In this document: positions 42,872 through 55,223 of the stretch, one piece after another | Layout: each line of letters opens with the position of its first letter | Position numbering within the stretch: the first letter of the stretch is position 1 | Made by a program: the position numbers and the translations under genes | Source of the DNA: an uncultured Verrucomicrobiae bacterium | GTDB lineage: Bacteria; Verrucomicrobiota; Verrucomicrobiia; Limisphaerales; Palsa-1400 | NCBI GenBank assembly: GCA_963702845.1 | Contig: OY969763.1 | Coordinates: forward strand, 3,520,001 to 3,584,000 | Reading direction: 5' to 3' | DNA length: 64,000 bases | The notes under the pieces: generated by a model | Database searches by the model: none | Told to the model about the DNA's origin: nothing | The model's input: only the letters and a program-made list of their open reading frames with translations

Positions 42872-43355
42872 ATGCTCGGCACTTCCTCAATTGCAGAGTG
42901 AGGACATGCAAGTCATGGACGGTGCACTTGACGAGCTGCTCCGTAAAACCGACGCAACGGCTGCCCTCGTGATCGATCGCGGCGGCCCACTCCTTACCGA
43001 ACGTGGCCAGACGAAGGATTTCGACACCATGACGATGGCGGCATTGGCTGCTGGATCGTTCAGCGCCACCCAGGCTATTGCCGAACGTGTCGGGGAAAGC
43101 GATTTTACCAGCGTTTACCAACAAGGTTCGCGCTCTAGTATTCTGGTTAGCATGATCGATGAGGCGCTGCTGCTGATTCTCGTGTTCCGCGCGGAATTGG
43201 GAGTAGGCATCATGAAATATCATGCGAAACCGGTTATCGATCGCATCGCCATCCAATTGCATATGGCGCGTGAACGTTCACCGTCGGATACCGTTGACCT
43301 GGTTTCGATGAATGCGTTGGATGCGGCGGAGATTTTCAGGAAGATTGGGGTTTAG
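42872..43355 (+). CDS. mglB: MglB-like roadblock/LC7 protein
   Basis: ALVIDRGG...AALAAGSFSATQAIAERVGE..F..VYQQG...LILVF....GIMK; the ATG at 42872 is out of frame by one inserted base (likely MSALPQL...). Confidence 0.8.
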
Positions 43356-43422
43356 TCCCCTGCTCTTTTCACGGCAGGGCAAACGGTCATCGAAAAGTTG
43401 TGCTCGGTCATAACCGACGAAC

Positions 43423-43506
43423 AACAGAGCCGCGCGCGTAAGCAAGCGGTTTTCTACTATCGGCGTCATCCCTGCAAAACCGCTTGCTCACGCGCGCGGC
43501 TCTGTT
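43423..43506. repeat. REP-like inverted repeat, 31-bp arms
   Basis: aacagagccgcgcgcgtaagcaagcggtttt / aaaaccgcttgctcacgcgcgcggctctgtt (1 mismatch). Confidence 0.9.
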
Positions 43507-43577
43507 CCACGGGTAGCGCGCTTGACTTGGCGCTGAATTGCGGGAGCATTCGCCTCGAGGTTCCGTCTAATCGAGGT

Positions 43578-46500
43578 ATGAGTGCATTGCGCCAACGGCT
43601 TTTTGTTTTTCTTCTTTTCCTTGTTACCATTTCCACCATTGCCAGCGAAACGAATTCGCTGACGCCGCGTGCTGACGCGCTTTTTAAGGAGAAGAATTGG
43701 GCTGAAGCACGCACGGCTTATGACGATGCGCGGAAGAACGAAAAGAATTGGAGCACGCCATTGGTGCGGACGGCGGTTGAGGGCGCGGTTGCTTGTTCCA
43801 TTCAATTACAGCAATGGGATGATGCGTTGCAGAGGGCGCAGCAGTTTGTCGCACATACGAAAGGAACTTTTGGGGAAGCGATTGGTGAACGGTTTCTCGG
43901 CGGGTTGTATCTGAGTATTCCACACCACGGCACGAAACAGGGCGGAAAGTTTTTGCGCGGCCAATGGGGCCAAGGTGTGCAGGTGAATTCCTGGCGGAAG
44001 GATCGCAACGAAGCGGTAAAGCACTATGAACGCGCCCGCGATTTGTTGATTGGCTTGGCCAACAAAAATAAGAACGCCGACGCAGAAAGGATTGGCGTGG
44101 ATTTTGATCTCGCGGCCGGTCTGGCACGACATGACGAATATCGCTAAGGCTACTTTGGTTGGGATTGGTGGTGGTCTGATCGCGACGAAGAAGATTCGCA
44201 AGCGGTCGATGAGGCGGATTATGAAGAGCCGCGCTGGGGTCGCTGGGGATGGAATCAAGAGGACCAGAAGCCGCCAACCGGAATACCTTTAGGACCAGAC
44301 GGCAAACCTCAATTCCCGACGACGCCCAAATCTTATGCTACCGATCTCAGTGCCGGCCCCAAGGTGCGTTTCCTACTTGAAGAAATTCAACGGCTCGACA
44401 AATCGGAAGCAAAGGATGACGCGGCAAAGGCGGTGTTCCGGCGTGCCATGATCGATCGAACGCTCTACGGGCCTGAAAGTGCAAGCCAGCCGAATATTCC
44501 TAAGGCGGACAAAGATGACTCAAAACCACTGAAGAAAACCTGGGAACTCAGCGATGATGAAGCGTTGACCATTGTGGGAGGTAAGCTTGGCGTGGTTACG
44601 TTGCCGATGTCGGAGAACACAATTGCTTTATTGCGCCAGATTCAAACGCAATTCCCACGCAGTTCGACTTGTGCCGAATCGCAATATTCGCTGGCGCTCT
44701 ATTACCAATCGCGCCAGCAGTTCCAGGAAGCAGCGCGCGAATACCAACTATTTCTCGAAAAGTATCCGAAACACGAACGCGTCAAAGACGTTCACACCCA
44801 ACTGAAGCGAATCAAAAACTCGGAAATGATCCTCGGCCAAACCGGCGTTTATTTGCCGGACCAAAAACCGAAGTTGTCGTTCACGTATCGCAACGCTGAC
44901 ACGGCCAATTTCAAAGCCCGCCGAATCGATTTGGTTAAATACGTTCGTGATCGAGCGGAACGAAAACCGGAAAACTGGTGGGAATACCGCAATATTTCCT
45001 ACAATTTTTTCCAGGACCAAATATGGACGAATTACCTGCGTGCGACAGTCGCGACGTGGTCGGAATCGATTCATCGAGAATCGGGCAACCGCGCGGCTGA
45101 AGGGAGCACGTTCGCGCCTTTGAGCGAACCCGGTGCATATATCGTCGAAGCGCGTGTGCCCGGAAACAAGCAGCCGACGCGAGCGCTGGTTCTGGTCACC
45201 GACATTGCCATCGTTCAGAAGAATCTTTCCGGAAAGGGACTCGTCTATATTTGCGACGCGCGCACCGGCCAGCCGCTACCGGACAAATCGGTGCGCTTTT
45301 ACGAACATTGGAACACCTACGACCAGGCCAATGGCAAAAATATTTTTCATTGGGACACGAGCACACGCGTCACGGGAACCAACGGCGTCATCGAATATAA
45401 ACGCGGACATACGGACAATAATCCGTCTGTCGATGCGATTGTCATGGGCGAGAGCAATCGCATGGCATTTTCGTTTTTTCAAAATTGGAACGAGAACGGT
45501 TATGACTACGGTAGCCCGGATGGGTCGCGGAATTATGTCGTCACTGACCGGCCGGTTTATCGACCCGGCGACAAAGTGCAATATCGCATTTGGGTCCGAG
45601 ATATGGCCGATCGCGTTTTTAGCGAGCCGCACAAAGGTGAATTGGTCGAAATCGAAATTTACGACCCGAAGAACAACGTTGCGCAAAAGCGCTCGCTGCA
45701 AACCGATGAATTCGGCTGTATCAGCGATAGTTTTCAACTCGGCACCGAACCGCCACTTGGGATGTATCATTTGCGTCTGAACTCTAACTATCCCGATCTG
45801 CACCACAGCGCTGGCGGTTTGTTTCGGGTCGAGGAATACAAGAAGCCGGAATACGAAGTCTCGGTGAAGCCCGGCAAATCAACGGCGCGCCTCGGCGAAA
45901 AAATTAAAGCACGAATTGAAGCGCGCTATTACTACGGCGCACCCGTCGCGAAGGCGAAGGTCAGTTACAAAATTTTCCGGGAAACCTACCAATTCGTCTA
46001 TTACGGGTCGGCGGAATACGATTGGCTCTATGGCAAGGGCTACGGCTATACGCATTATTCCTATCCGTGGTTCCCGTGGTGGCGGCACTGCGGTTTGCTT
46101 TGGGGCGATTCGTGGCTGGACTCGACTCCGAGCTACGTCGGTTATTATCAATGGGCTTACTACAATCGTTACGATGGCGGCACACGCAAAGCGTTGCGCG
46201 ACCTCGTTGCCCAAGGGGAAGCAGAACTTTCGGCGGACGGGTCTTATGAAGTCGAGATCGACACGAGCAAAGCGAAAGCCGAACTCGGCGATCGCGATCA
46301 TCGTTACACGATTGAGGTGGAAGTTCGCGATGCAAGCCGACGGACGATCGAAGGCAGCGGCAGCGTGCTGGTGACGCGCCAGGAGTTTTATGCATTTGTG
46401 GAACGCGACGCCGGTTGGTATCAGGCGAGGAACGAAGCGCTTTTGAACGTGCGCACGTTGACTCCCAATAACGAGCCGGTCGCCACGAAAGGTGAAGTTA

Positions 46501-49500
46501 TCGTTTACCGAATTTCTTACAAGGGCTCGCAACCCGAGGAGACAATAGTGCGGCGCTGGGATGCGGAGACGGATGCAGACGGACGGCTCGCGTTCAAATA
46601 CGCGATCCCGAGCGAAGGCCAGTATCGCATCAGTTATGCGACTCGGGATTCGCAAAACGCAGAAGTCCTCGGGAGCGCGGTGTGCTGGGTTAACGGCCCG
46701 AAATTTGATGGACGCGTCTATCGATTCAACGGTCTGGAAATCGTCGCCGATAAGCGCACTTACAAGATCGGTGACGTTGCGCATCTGCTCATCAACACGG
46801 CTGAAAATAATGCGCGGATATTGTTCAGCGATGATGTGAGCGGCGGCGTGCTTGGCAGCTACAGGTTCATTGATATTCCATCTCACTCGATGGTGATTGA
46901 TATTCCCGTTGAGAAAAAACAAGTGCCGAACTTTTTCGTTGAAGCCACGCTCGTGCGCAATGGCCGGTTGCACAACGAATCACGCGAACTATTCGTGCCT
47001 CCAGTTGAAGGGCTATTGAACGTGCAGGTTACGTCGGACAAGCAGACCTACAAGCCCGGCGAGACGGGCAAAGTCTCGGTTGTTGTGACCGACGCAAACG
47101 GCAAACCAGCGACGGGTCAGGTAACGCTAACTGCTTACGATCGCGCTGTGACCTACATTCAGGACGAGTTCGGCCCGAGTCCGCGCATTTTTTATTACGG
47201 ACAGAAGAGGCAGCATCAGTTGCAAGTCCAGGGGTCGGTTAATGAGACGTTCCAGGCGAGCGGCGGGTTTGATAATCCCGAGCAATCTCTCTACACAACC
47301 CGCATGCCTGAGGGGTGGAATGGAGATTGGGGAGTGGCAATAGATGGATTGTCGCTGACCACGGCGGACAGCTTCGCTGCGGCCGGATTTGGGGACAGAC
47401 GTGGAGGTAGGGGCGGAGGCGCGTCTGGCGGAATATTAAAAAGGGAAAGCTTAGATATGGCAAAAAGCATATCGGGGCTTACGGGTGCAAATCGGGAGAT
47501 GCCGGCGAGCGTAGCCGCCATGCCAGCGCAGCTAAATGGTAAGCTGGGCTTTTTTGATTCGTCAATTGCAGGTGCGCCAACACTCATTGAACCGGAGTTG
47601 CGGGTCAATTTCGCCGACACCGCCCTTTGGCAACCCTCTCTTACTCTCGACGCGCAAGGCCATGCTGAAACGAACATCGTGTTTCCACAATCGCTCACGA
47701 CATGGCGCTTGCATGCATATGCGTTGACGAGTCAGACACAAGTGGGCGATTCCACGAACGAAACTAAAACGGCGAAGAACCTGATCGCGTTGTTGCAGAG
47801 CCCGCGATTTTTTGTCGAGCGCGATGAAGTCGTCCTTTCGGCGAACGTGCACAATTACTTGAAGCAGTCGAAGAAAGTGCGCGCGGAACTAATTGTGCCC
47901 GCCGATTTATTTGCATCGAGCGAAGGATCACGCGGCAACGATGGTAACCTTCATCTGTTCGCGAACGCCAAAGTCTCTGCCGACGGCGAGCATCGCTTCG
48001 ATTGGCCGGTCAAAGTCACGAAAGCCGGTCTCGCACACATCACGGTCAAGGCACTGACCGACGAGGAAAGCGACGGGATGCGCATGACCTTCCCCGTTCT
48101 CGTTCACGGCGTGATGAAAACGGTCGCGCAGAGCGGAAGTTATCGCGTTTCGCAGGATGGCACGCGGACGCTTAATATCGAGGTTCCCAAGGAAATCGAT
48201 TCGGAGCAAACACAACTGGAAGTGACACTTTCGCCAAGTCTCGGTGGAGTTATGATTGATGCCCTGCCCTACCTTGCCGGTTATCCATACGGTTGCGTCG
48301 AACAAACGATGAGCCGCTTTTATCCGAGCGTCCTCGTCAAAGACACGCTCAAGCGCATGGGCACGGACCTCGAAGCGATCGCGAAACAACACAAGCAGAT
48401 GAATCCAGGTGATGTGACCAACCGGTTCGGTCGTTGGAACTCGCCGGTGTTCGATTCGGCGGAACTTGATCGCATGGTGAAATCGGGTCTCGAGCGCATT
48501 TACAATTTTCAACGCAGCGATGGTGGCTGGGGTTGGTGGAGTGAGGACGACTCTTCGCCGTTTCAAACGTCGTATGTGCTGCAAGGTTTGCACGCCGCCA
48601 TCGAGGCTGGCGTCGACGTCGATCGCGGCGTTTACGAGCGCGGGTTCCAGTTCCTGCAGGCAAACATCGACGCGGAACTCAGAAAGCCGAAGGACAAACA
48701 AAATCTCGGTGACGTGACGACGCAGGCCGGCGTCGCCTACACGCTTTCACTCGAACACAACATTCAAAGTGACGAGCAAAAGAAATGGCTGACCGGTTTA
48801 TACACGAATCGCGCCGAGTTGAATAATTACGGCCGCGCGATGCTCGCGTTAACGATGAAAAACGAAACGCGCATGGACGAAGCCCACATGCTCTTGCGCA
48901 ACCTGCTTCAGTTCGTCGATCGCGACGACAGCAACGAAACCGCTTGGGTCCGCACATCGCAGACTGGCTGGTGGTTCTGGTGGAACAACGATATCGAAGC
49001 AAACGCCTGGGCCCTGAAGGCCTTAGTCGCCCTCGAACCGCAAAACGATCTCGCACCGCGTCTCGTGAAATGGCTCCTGAACAATCGCCGCAACGGTTAT
49101 TATTGGCGCAGCACTCGCGACACTGCCCTCGTCATTTCCGCAATGGTTGATTACATGCGCGCCAGCGGCGAAGCTGCGCCGGATTACGATCTCACGCTCG
49201 CACTCGATGGCACGCCCGTCCGTCAAATCAAAATCACGAAGAAAAATTTCTTCACGTTCGACAATCGCTTCACCCTTTCAGGCCTGCACGTGAAGCCCGG
49301 CCCGCACACACTCACGTTCACCAAAATCGGCAAGGGCGCGCTCTACTATTCCGCTTACGTGAGCTATTTCACCATACAGGAAGACGTTCGCGGCGCTGGA
49401 AATGAAATTTTCGTCACCCGCGACTATTTCAAACTGGTGCCACAAACCGAAAAAGTTCAACTCGGCAAATCGTGGTGGGGCGATGACAAAGCCAAAGGCC

Positions 49501-49892
49501 GCACGGAAATCCGCGACGGTTATCAACGCATTCCACTCAAAACCGGCGACACCGTTTCGAGCGGCGATAAGATCGAGGTCGTGCTCCATATCACCGCGAA
49601 GAACACTTATGATTTCCTCGCATTCGAAGACATGAAACCGGCGGGATGCGAACCGGTCGAATTGCGCAGCGGCGGACGTTGGGCCGGCGGATTGTGCGCG
49701 AACCTCGAGTTGCGCGATGAGAAAGTCGTCTTTTTTATCGGCCTGCTCGAACAAGGCGAGCACATCCTGCGCTACAAAATGCGCGCTGAAACACCGGGCC
49801 ATTTCCATGCGTTACCGACGAAAGCGTTCGCAATGTACGTCCCGGAAATCAAAGCGATCTCTGACGAAATGCGTTTGAAAATCAAGGACTGA
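43578..49892 (+). CDS. Bacterial alpha-2-macroglobulin with N-terminal TPR-like region; single in-frame TAA at 44145-44147
   Basis: Signal peptide; TDRPVYRPGD, VEEYKKPEY, RVNFADTALW, thioester YPYGCVEQ, QRSDGGWGWW, WRSTRDTA, ELRDEK. The frame is continuous across the stop. Confidence 0.9.
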
Positions 49893-49893
49893 C

Positions 49894-49927
49894 AAAAAAA
49901 GAGCGCGGACCCAAAGGTCCGCGCTCT
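49894..49927 (-). terminator. Rho-independent terminator of fba (possibly bidirectional)
   Basis: agagcgcggacc-caaa-ggtccgcgctct hairpin with an A-tract on the left (U-tract on the minus strand). Confidence 0.8.
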
Positions 49928-49944
49928 ACGAGAATCAGTCTCAA

Positions 49945-50910
49945 TTAATCAAAGGCGTGACCGGCGCAGCAAAGGACGTTCTTCACTTTGTGCCGGACGA
50001 GTTCTTTGACTTTATTACGCGCTGGCGCGAGGTATTTGCGCGGATCGAATTCCTTCGGGTTTTCCGCGAACACCTTGCGGATCGCCGCGGTCATGGCCAG
50101 ACGCAGGTCGGTATCGATATTCACCTTTGTGCATCCCACGCGGCGCGCCACTTCGATGTCCGCTTCCGGAACCCCAGCAGTGTCTTCGCCCATCTTGCCG
50201 CCGTATTTGTTGATTTCCAGAATCAGATCCTTCGGAACACTCGAAGCTCCGTGCAACACCAGCGGATAATCACCCATGCCGGCACTCATCAACGCCTTCT
50301 TGATGTCCTGCAAACGTTGGAGGTCGAGGTGTTGTTCACCTTTAAATTTGTAAGCGCCATGTGAATTTCCGATAGCAACCGCGAGCGAGTCAACGCCGGT
50401 CTGCTTCACGAATTCGACGGCTTCGTCAGGGTGCGTGTAGGCGCCGCCCTTGGAATAACCACCGCCCTCTTCGCCTTCGTCGTGTTGCGCGCCGACGAGC
50501 ATGCCGAGTTCGCCTTCAACGACGCAGTTATGTTTGTGCGCGTATTCGACGACGCGTTTGCAAACTTCAACGTTCTTTTCAAACGGCTCATGCGAACCGT
50601 CGATCATCACGCTGGTGAACCCGTCGTCGATGCATTCTTTGCAAAGCTCGAACGAATCGCCGTGATCGAGGTGCACCGCAATCGGAATATTGGTCGTGCT
50701 AACGGCCGCCTCGATCAGCTTCTTGAGATAAACGGGATGGGCGTATTTGCGGGCGCCGCTCGAAATCTGCAGCATCACGGGCGCCTTCTCTTCTTCGCAG
50801 GCTTCCACGATAGCTTGGAGAAGCTCCATGTTGTTTACGTTGAACGCACCCAGCGCGTATTTGCCCTTGAGGGCTTTCGCAAAAAGATTTTTTGTATGTG
50901 TCAGTGGCAT
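49945..50910 (-). CDS. fba: Class II fructose-bisphosphate aldolase
   Basis: GAFNVNNME, HLDHG, SVMIDGSH, AIGNSHGAYK, VLHGASS, KVNIDTD. Confidence 0.95.
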   Translation of the reverse strand: MPLTHTKNLFAKALKGKYALGAFNVNNMELLQAIVEACEEEKAPVMLQISSGARKYAHPVYLKKLIEAAVSTTNIPIAVHLDHGDSFELCKECIDDGFTSVMIDGSHEPFEKNVEVCKRVVEYAHKHNCVVEGELGMLVGAQHDEGEEGGGYSKGGAYTHPDEAVEFVKQTGVDSLAVAIGNSHGAYKFKGEQHLDLQRLQDIKKALMSAGMGDYPLVLHGASSVPKDLILEINKYGGKMGEDTAGVPEADIEVARRVGCTKVNIDTDLRLAMTAAIRKVFAENPKEFDPRKYLAPARNKVKELVRHKVKNVLCCAGHAFD

Positions 50911-51106
50911 AGTTTACCTATTTGCCGCTTCGTTTGGGTTGCGGCGATAGTTTTATGTATATTTACAATTCAGCCGAAATTCTATGTAAGGCAAGAGACC
51001 TAGGGGAAGTGAAAAATTTGTAATTTACTGACCATGGATTGCGGCGGTTTGTGAAATAAACATCTTCAGATTGCAAATCACCACTGAAATACTGCTGAAT
51101 TAACCA

Positions 51107-53725
51107 ATGCTAACCCGCTGCAATCTCGTTGCGTTCGTTTGTTTGTTTATTTGCGCGCAGGACATCCGCGCCGCAGTTCGCACCGAGGCCAACGTGCCCA
51201 TCGAGATCACGCTAAATGCGAGGAACGCCCACGTCGACCCGTTCAACGACACGATTGTCGATGTTGTTTTCACCGAACCCGACGGCAACAAAATTCGTGT
51301 CCCGGCATTTTGGGACGGCGGAGCGACGTGGAAAGTTCGTTATGCCTCGCCAAAAATCGGAATGCACCGATGGGTTTCCGAATGCAACGACAAGAACGAT
51401 GGCGGACTCCAAGCGGCCAAAGGTTCATTGCGCGTTTCGCCATATCACGGCACGAATGCCTTCTACGAACACGGCCCGATTCGCGTTGCACTCGATAAAC
51501 GCCACTTCGAACACGCTGATGGCGCGCCGTTTTTTTGGCTCGGTGACACCTGGTGGATGGGCCTTTGTCATCGGCTCCATTTTCCTGATGAGTTCCAGCA
51601 ACTTACGGATGACCGCGTGGAAAAAGGTTTCAACGTCGTTCAAATCGTCGCTGGCTTGTATCCCGACATGTTCCCGTTCGACCCGCGCGGTGCGAACGAA
51701 GGTGGCTATCCATGGGAAACAAATTACACCCGTATCAATCCAAAATATTTTGATGCGGCCGATCAACGCCTCCGCTATCTCGTCGAACAAGGCATCAGCC
51801 CGTGCATCGTCGGGGCGTGGGGCTACTTTCTGCCGTGGATGGGCGTCGACAAAGCCAAGCAACATTGGCGCTATTTGATCGCGCGTTATGGTGCGTGGCC
51901 GGTCACGTGGTGTGTGGCGGGTGAAGATAATCTGCCGTGGTATTTGGCCAAAGGTTTTCCATACGACGATCGTGAGCAGGCCAAAGGCTGGAGTGAAGTC
52001 GCGCGTTACGTGCGCGGGACAGATCCATTCCACCGCATGCTGACGATTCATCCGACCGGCATCGGCCCATGCGACGCCCGTCACGCCGTTTCTGACGACA
52101 CCGTGCTCGATTACAACATGCTGCAAACGCCGCACGGCCAGCGCGAAGCTGTCGCTCCGACATTCAACATTGCGCACAACGCCTACGAGATGAAGCCGAC
52201 CATGGCGATTCTCAACGGCGAAGCCAGTTACGAGCGCTTGAGCGATACCATCGCCACCGAATGGACCCGCGCCATGTTTTGGATTTCCATGATGAACGGC
52301 GCAGCCGGCCACACTTACGGCGCAAACGGCATCTGGCAATGCAACCGTCGCGAACAACCCCACGGCGCTTCTCCACATGGCGGCACTTATGGAAAAATTT
52401 CGTGGGACGAAGCCATGCAGTTGCCTGGTTCAGCCCAAGTTGGTTTCGGCAAAAGCTTTCTCGAACAATTTGCCTGGCGTAGCTGCGTGCCGATGAACTC
52501 TGGAACGTCGTGGGCAACCGCGGGCGACGCACCCATCGCGCCATGCGTGCTCGGCCACAGCAACGACATGCGCATCATCTACGCCATTGCTTCCAAACCC
52601 GTCATCGTCACGGGCCTGCGTGCAAACACCAAATTCTATTATACAGCCTTCGATCCCGTCGGCGGAAATTCCGCAGCGGTAAACGAACTCGTTACCAATG
52701 AAGCCGGCAAGCTCACCATCGAGCCGCCGACGAGTCATGATTGGGTTGCAGTCCTGGAAACGGAAAACACCCAGAGTAGTCTGGAGACATTACTGCAGAT
52801 GGATGACGGAAAAGCCGTCATCACTTCCGGACAATGGAAGACTCGTCGTGACGAGTTGAAACAAACATGGGAGCAAGTGCTCGGCAAATTCCCGGCGCGC
52901 AAACCGCCCCTTCGCACCGAAGTGCTCAATCGCGAGGTCACCCCTGATTTTATTCGCGAACACATCCGCTACCAAATCGAAGACGGGATCTACACCGACG
53001 CTTACCTGCTCACACCAAAACATCCCGCCCGCAAAAATCCTGCGGTTGTCGTATTTCATCCAACCACTCCGCTCCACGCCAAGGGCGTTGCCGGTCTCGC
53101 CCCGGAATATCCCGAAGAAAAGTGGCAAGGCGTGCAATTGGTCAAGCGAGGCTACGTCGTCCTCTGCCCGCGCAATTATATATATGGAGAAGGCGCCGAT
53201 TGGACCGGCAACGCGAATCGCGTGACTGCACGGCATCCGGACTGGACCGGTATGACCGCGATGACCTGGGACGCCACTCGCGCGGCTGACCTTTTGCAAT
53301 CCTTGCCGCACGTGGACAAAAACCGCATCGGTTGCCTCGGCCATTCTCTCGGAGGCAAACAGGCCCTTTACGCTGCTGCCTTCGACGAACGCTACAAAGC
53401 CTGCGTCGCAAGCGAGCTCGGCATGGGTTTAAATTCCAGCAATTGGAACTCGCCCTGGTATTTCGGCGATGCATTGCGCGATCGTCCCGAACTGGACAAC
53501 CATCAAGTGCTCGCGCTGATCGCGCCCCGCCCGTTTTTGTTGCTCGGCGGCGATAGCGCGGACACGGACAACAGTTTACGCTATATCGATGCCGTTGCGC
53601 CGGTTTACGAGTTGCTCGATGCACAAACAAATCTGCATTTTGTGAATCATCGTGGAGGCCACCGCTACTCGCCGGAAGCGCGCGATGTTGCCGAAAAATT
53701 TTTAGACAGCCATTTGAAACAGTGA
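51107..53725 (+). CDS. DUF5060/DUF4038 (apiosidase-like) glycosidase fused to an alpha/beta hydrolase
   Basis: AFWDGGATWKVRY, PFFWLGDTWW, GHTYGANGIW; C-terminal GHSLGG, LIAPRP, GGH. Confidence 0.8.
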   Translation: MLTRCNLVAFVCLFICAQDIRAAVRTEANVPIEITLNARNAHVDPFNDTIVDVVFTEPDGNKIRVPAFWDGGATWKVRYASPKIGMHRWVSECNDKNDGGLQAAKGSLRVSPYHGTNAFYEHGPIRVALDKRHFEHADGAPFFWLGDTWWMGLCHRLHFPDEFQQLTDDRVEKGFNVVQIVAGLYPDMFPFDPRGANEGGYPWETNYTRINPKYFDAADQRLRYLVEQGISPCIVGAWGYFLPWMGVDKAKQHWRYLIARYGAWPVTWCVAGEDNLPWYLAKGFPYDDREQAKGWSEVARYVRGTDPFHRMLTIHPTGIGPCDARHAVSDDTVLDYNMLQTPHGQREAVAPTFNIAHNAYEMKPTMAILNGEASYERLSDTIATEWTRAMFWISMMNGAAGHTYGANGIWQCNRREQPHGASPHGGTYGKISWDEAMQLPGSAQVGFGKSFLEQFAWRSCVPMNSGTSWATAGDAPIAPCVLGHSNDMRIIYAIASKPVIVTGLRANTKFYYTAFDPVGGNSAAVNELVTNEAGKLTIEPPTSHDWVAVLETENTQSSLETLLQMDDGKAVITSGQWKTRRDELKQTWEQVLGKFPARKPPLRTEVLNREVTPDFIREHIRYQIEDGIYTDAYLLTPKHPARKNPAVVVFHPTTPLHAKGVAGLAPEYPEEKWQGVQLVKRGYVVLCPRNYIYGEGADWTGNANRVTARHPDWTGMTAMTWDATRAADLLQSLPHVDKNRIGCLGHSLGGKQALYAAAFDERYKACVASELGMGLNSSNWNSPWYFGDALRDRPELDNHQVLALIAPRPFLLLGGDSADTDNSLRYIDAVAPVYELLDAQTNLHFVNHRGGHRYSPEARDVAEKFLDSHLKQ

Positions 53726-54345
53726 ACACAGACACGCTTAAAACAGAATTCATTCCCGCAGCCGAGCCCGGCTCAAAACGCCTCATGCTCGTCATGCACG
53801 GACTCGGCGACAGCATCGAGGGCTACCGCTGGATCCAGGAAGCCATGCAAGTGCCATGGCTCAATTACCTCCTCGTCAACGCGCCCGATCCCTATTATGG
53901 CGGCTTCGCGTGGTATGATTTGTATGCCAACGCAGGCGTCGGCATCGAGCGCAGTCGCAAACTGCTTTTCGCGCTCATTGAAGACCTCGTCAAAAAAGGT
54001 CACAAACCATCCGACATCGTCGTGTCCGGTTTCTCGCAAGGCTGCCTCATGTCGATGGAACTCGCGTTGCATTATCCCGAACAATTCGCTGCCATTGTCG
54101 GCATCAGCGGCTACGTGCACGAACCCGAAACAACCGAACTCGCGCCCGTTGCCAAAGACCAGCGCATCCTCATGACGCATGGCACCCAAGACCCGCTCAT
54201 CCCTATCGAAGCCGTGCGCAAACAAGTTGCCATCCTGCAAAAGCGCGGCATCCAAATCGAATGGCGCGAGTTCGTCAAAGCCCACACCATCGCAGGCGAA
54301 ACTGAAATGAAAGTCATTCGCCAATTTCTGAGCGACAAATTCTAA
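53722..54345 (+). CDS. Phospholipase/carboxylesterase
   Basis: MHGLGDS, GFSQG, THGTQDP, AHTI. Confidence 0.9.
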   Translation: MNTDTLKTEFIPAAEPGSKRLMLVMHGLGDSIEGYRWIQEAMQVPWLNYLLVNAPDPYYGGFAWYDLYANAGVGIERSRKLLFALIEDLVKKGHKPSDIVVSGFSQGCLMSMELALHYPEQFAAIVGISGYVHEPETTELAPVAKDQRILMTHGTQDPLIPIEAVRKQVAILQKRGIQIEWREFVKAHTIAGETEMKVIRQFLSDKF

Positions 54346-54374
54346 TCGCGCGTAGATTTAGTGGGAAGGGATTT

Positions 54375-55049
54375 ATGGAAACGGCACTCAAACAAAACGC
54401 GCTGAATTCTGAAATCGCAATTGAGGTCGACGGCCACACGCTGGAAGGTGAACTCGTTGTGCCGGATAATGCCAAAGGCATCGTCATCTTCGCCCATGGC
54501 AGCGGCAGCAGCCGCCATAGTCCTCGCAACCAATTCGTCGCCCGTACCATTCGCCATTCCGGAAACGGCACTCTACTTTTCGATTTGCTAACCCACGAAG
54601 AAGAAGCCATCGATCAATACACCGGCGAACTGCGCTTCAACATTCCCCTCCTCGCCGATCGCCTCGTCCAAACCGCCGCGTGGCTGGGAGAACAGCCTGA
54701 AATGGATTCGTTCGGCCTCGGATTTTTTGGTTCAAGCACGGGCGGCGGCGCTGCTCTGGTCGCGGCAGCACAAATCGGCTTGGCCGTCGATGCCGTCGTT
54801 TCACGCGGCGGCAGACCAAATCTCGCGGCGGAGTCGTTGCCGAAAGTCAATTGCCCTACCCTCCTGCTCGTTGGCGAACTCGACGACACCGTCATCACAA
54901 TGAACGAGCAGGCACTGGCCCAGATGCGTTGCACAAAAGAGCTGCGCATCATTCCGGGCGCCACGCACCTTTTCGAAGAACCCGGCACGCTCGAACAAGT
55001 CGCCAGCGAAGCCGCAGGCTGGTTTCACACTTATCTGCATCACCGTTGA
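54375..55049 (+). CDS. Dienelactone-hydrolase-like alpha/beta hydrolase
   Basis: FAHGSGSSRHSPRN, FGSSTGG, VSRGGRP, GATHLFEE. Confidence 0.88.
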   Translation: METALKQNALNSEIAIEVDGHTLEGELVVPDNAKGIVIFAHGSGSSRHSPRNQFVARTIRHSGNGTLLFDLLTHEEEAIDQYTGELRFNIPLLADRLVQTAAWLGEQPEMDSFGLGFFGSSTGGGAALVAAAQIGLAVDAVVSRGGRPNLAAESLPKVNCPTLLLVGELDDTVITMNEQALAQMRCTKELRIIPGATHLFEEPGTLEQVASEAAGWFHTYLHHR

Positions 55050-55223
55050 TGGCAACGATTTCGGCGAGCCCAACCCGTCGCGCATCCATTCTCGGCGTAT
55101 CAAACAATCAACGGGTGAACGGAAAATGGAAAAAGCAAAAACGAGGAATGCGCCGTTCCCCCAACTCGTCGCCGGCAATGCGCTGGCGTGGCGGAGAAGG
55201 CGTCAACTACTACTGCTGCGAGG

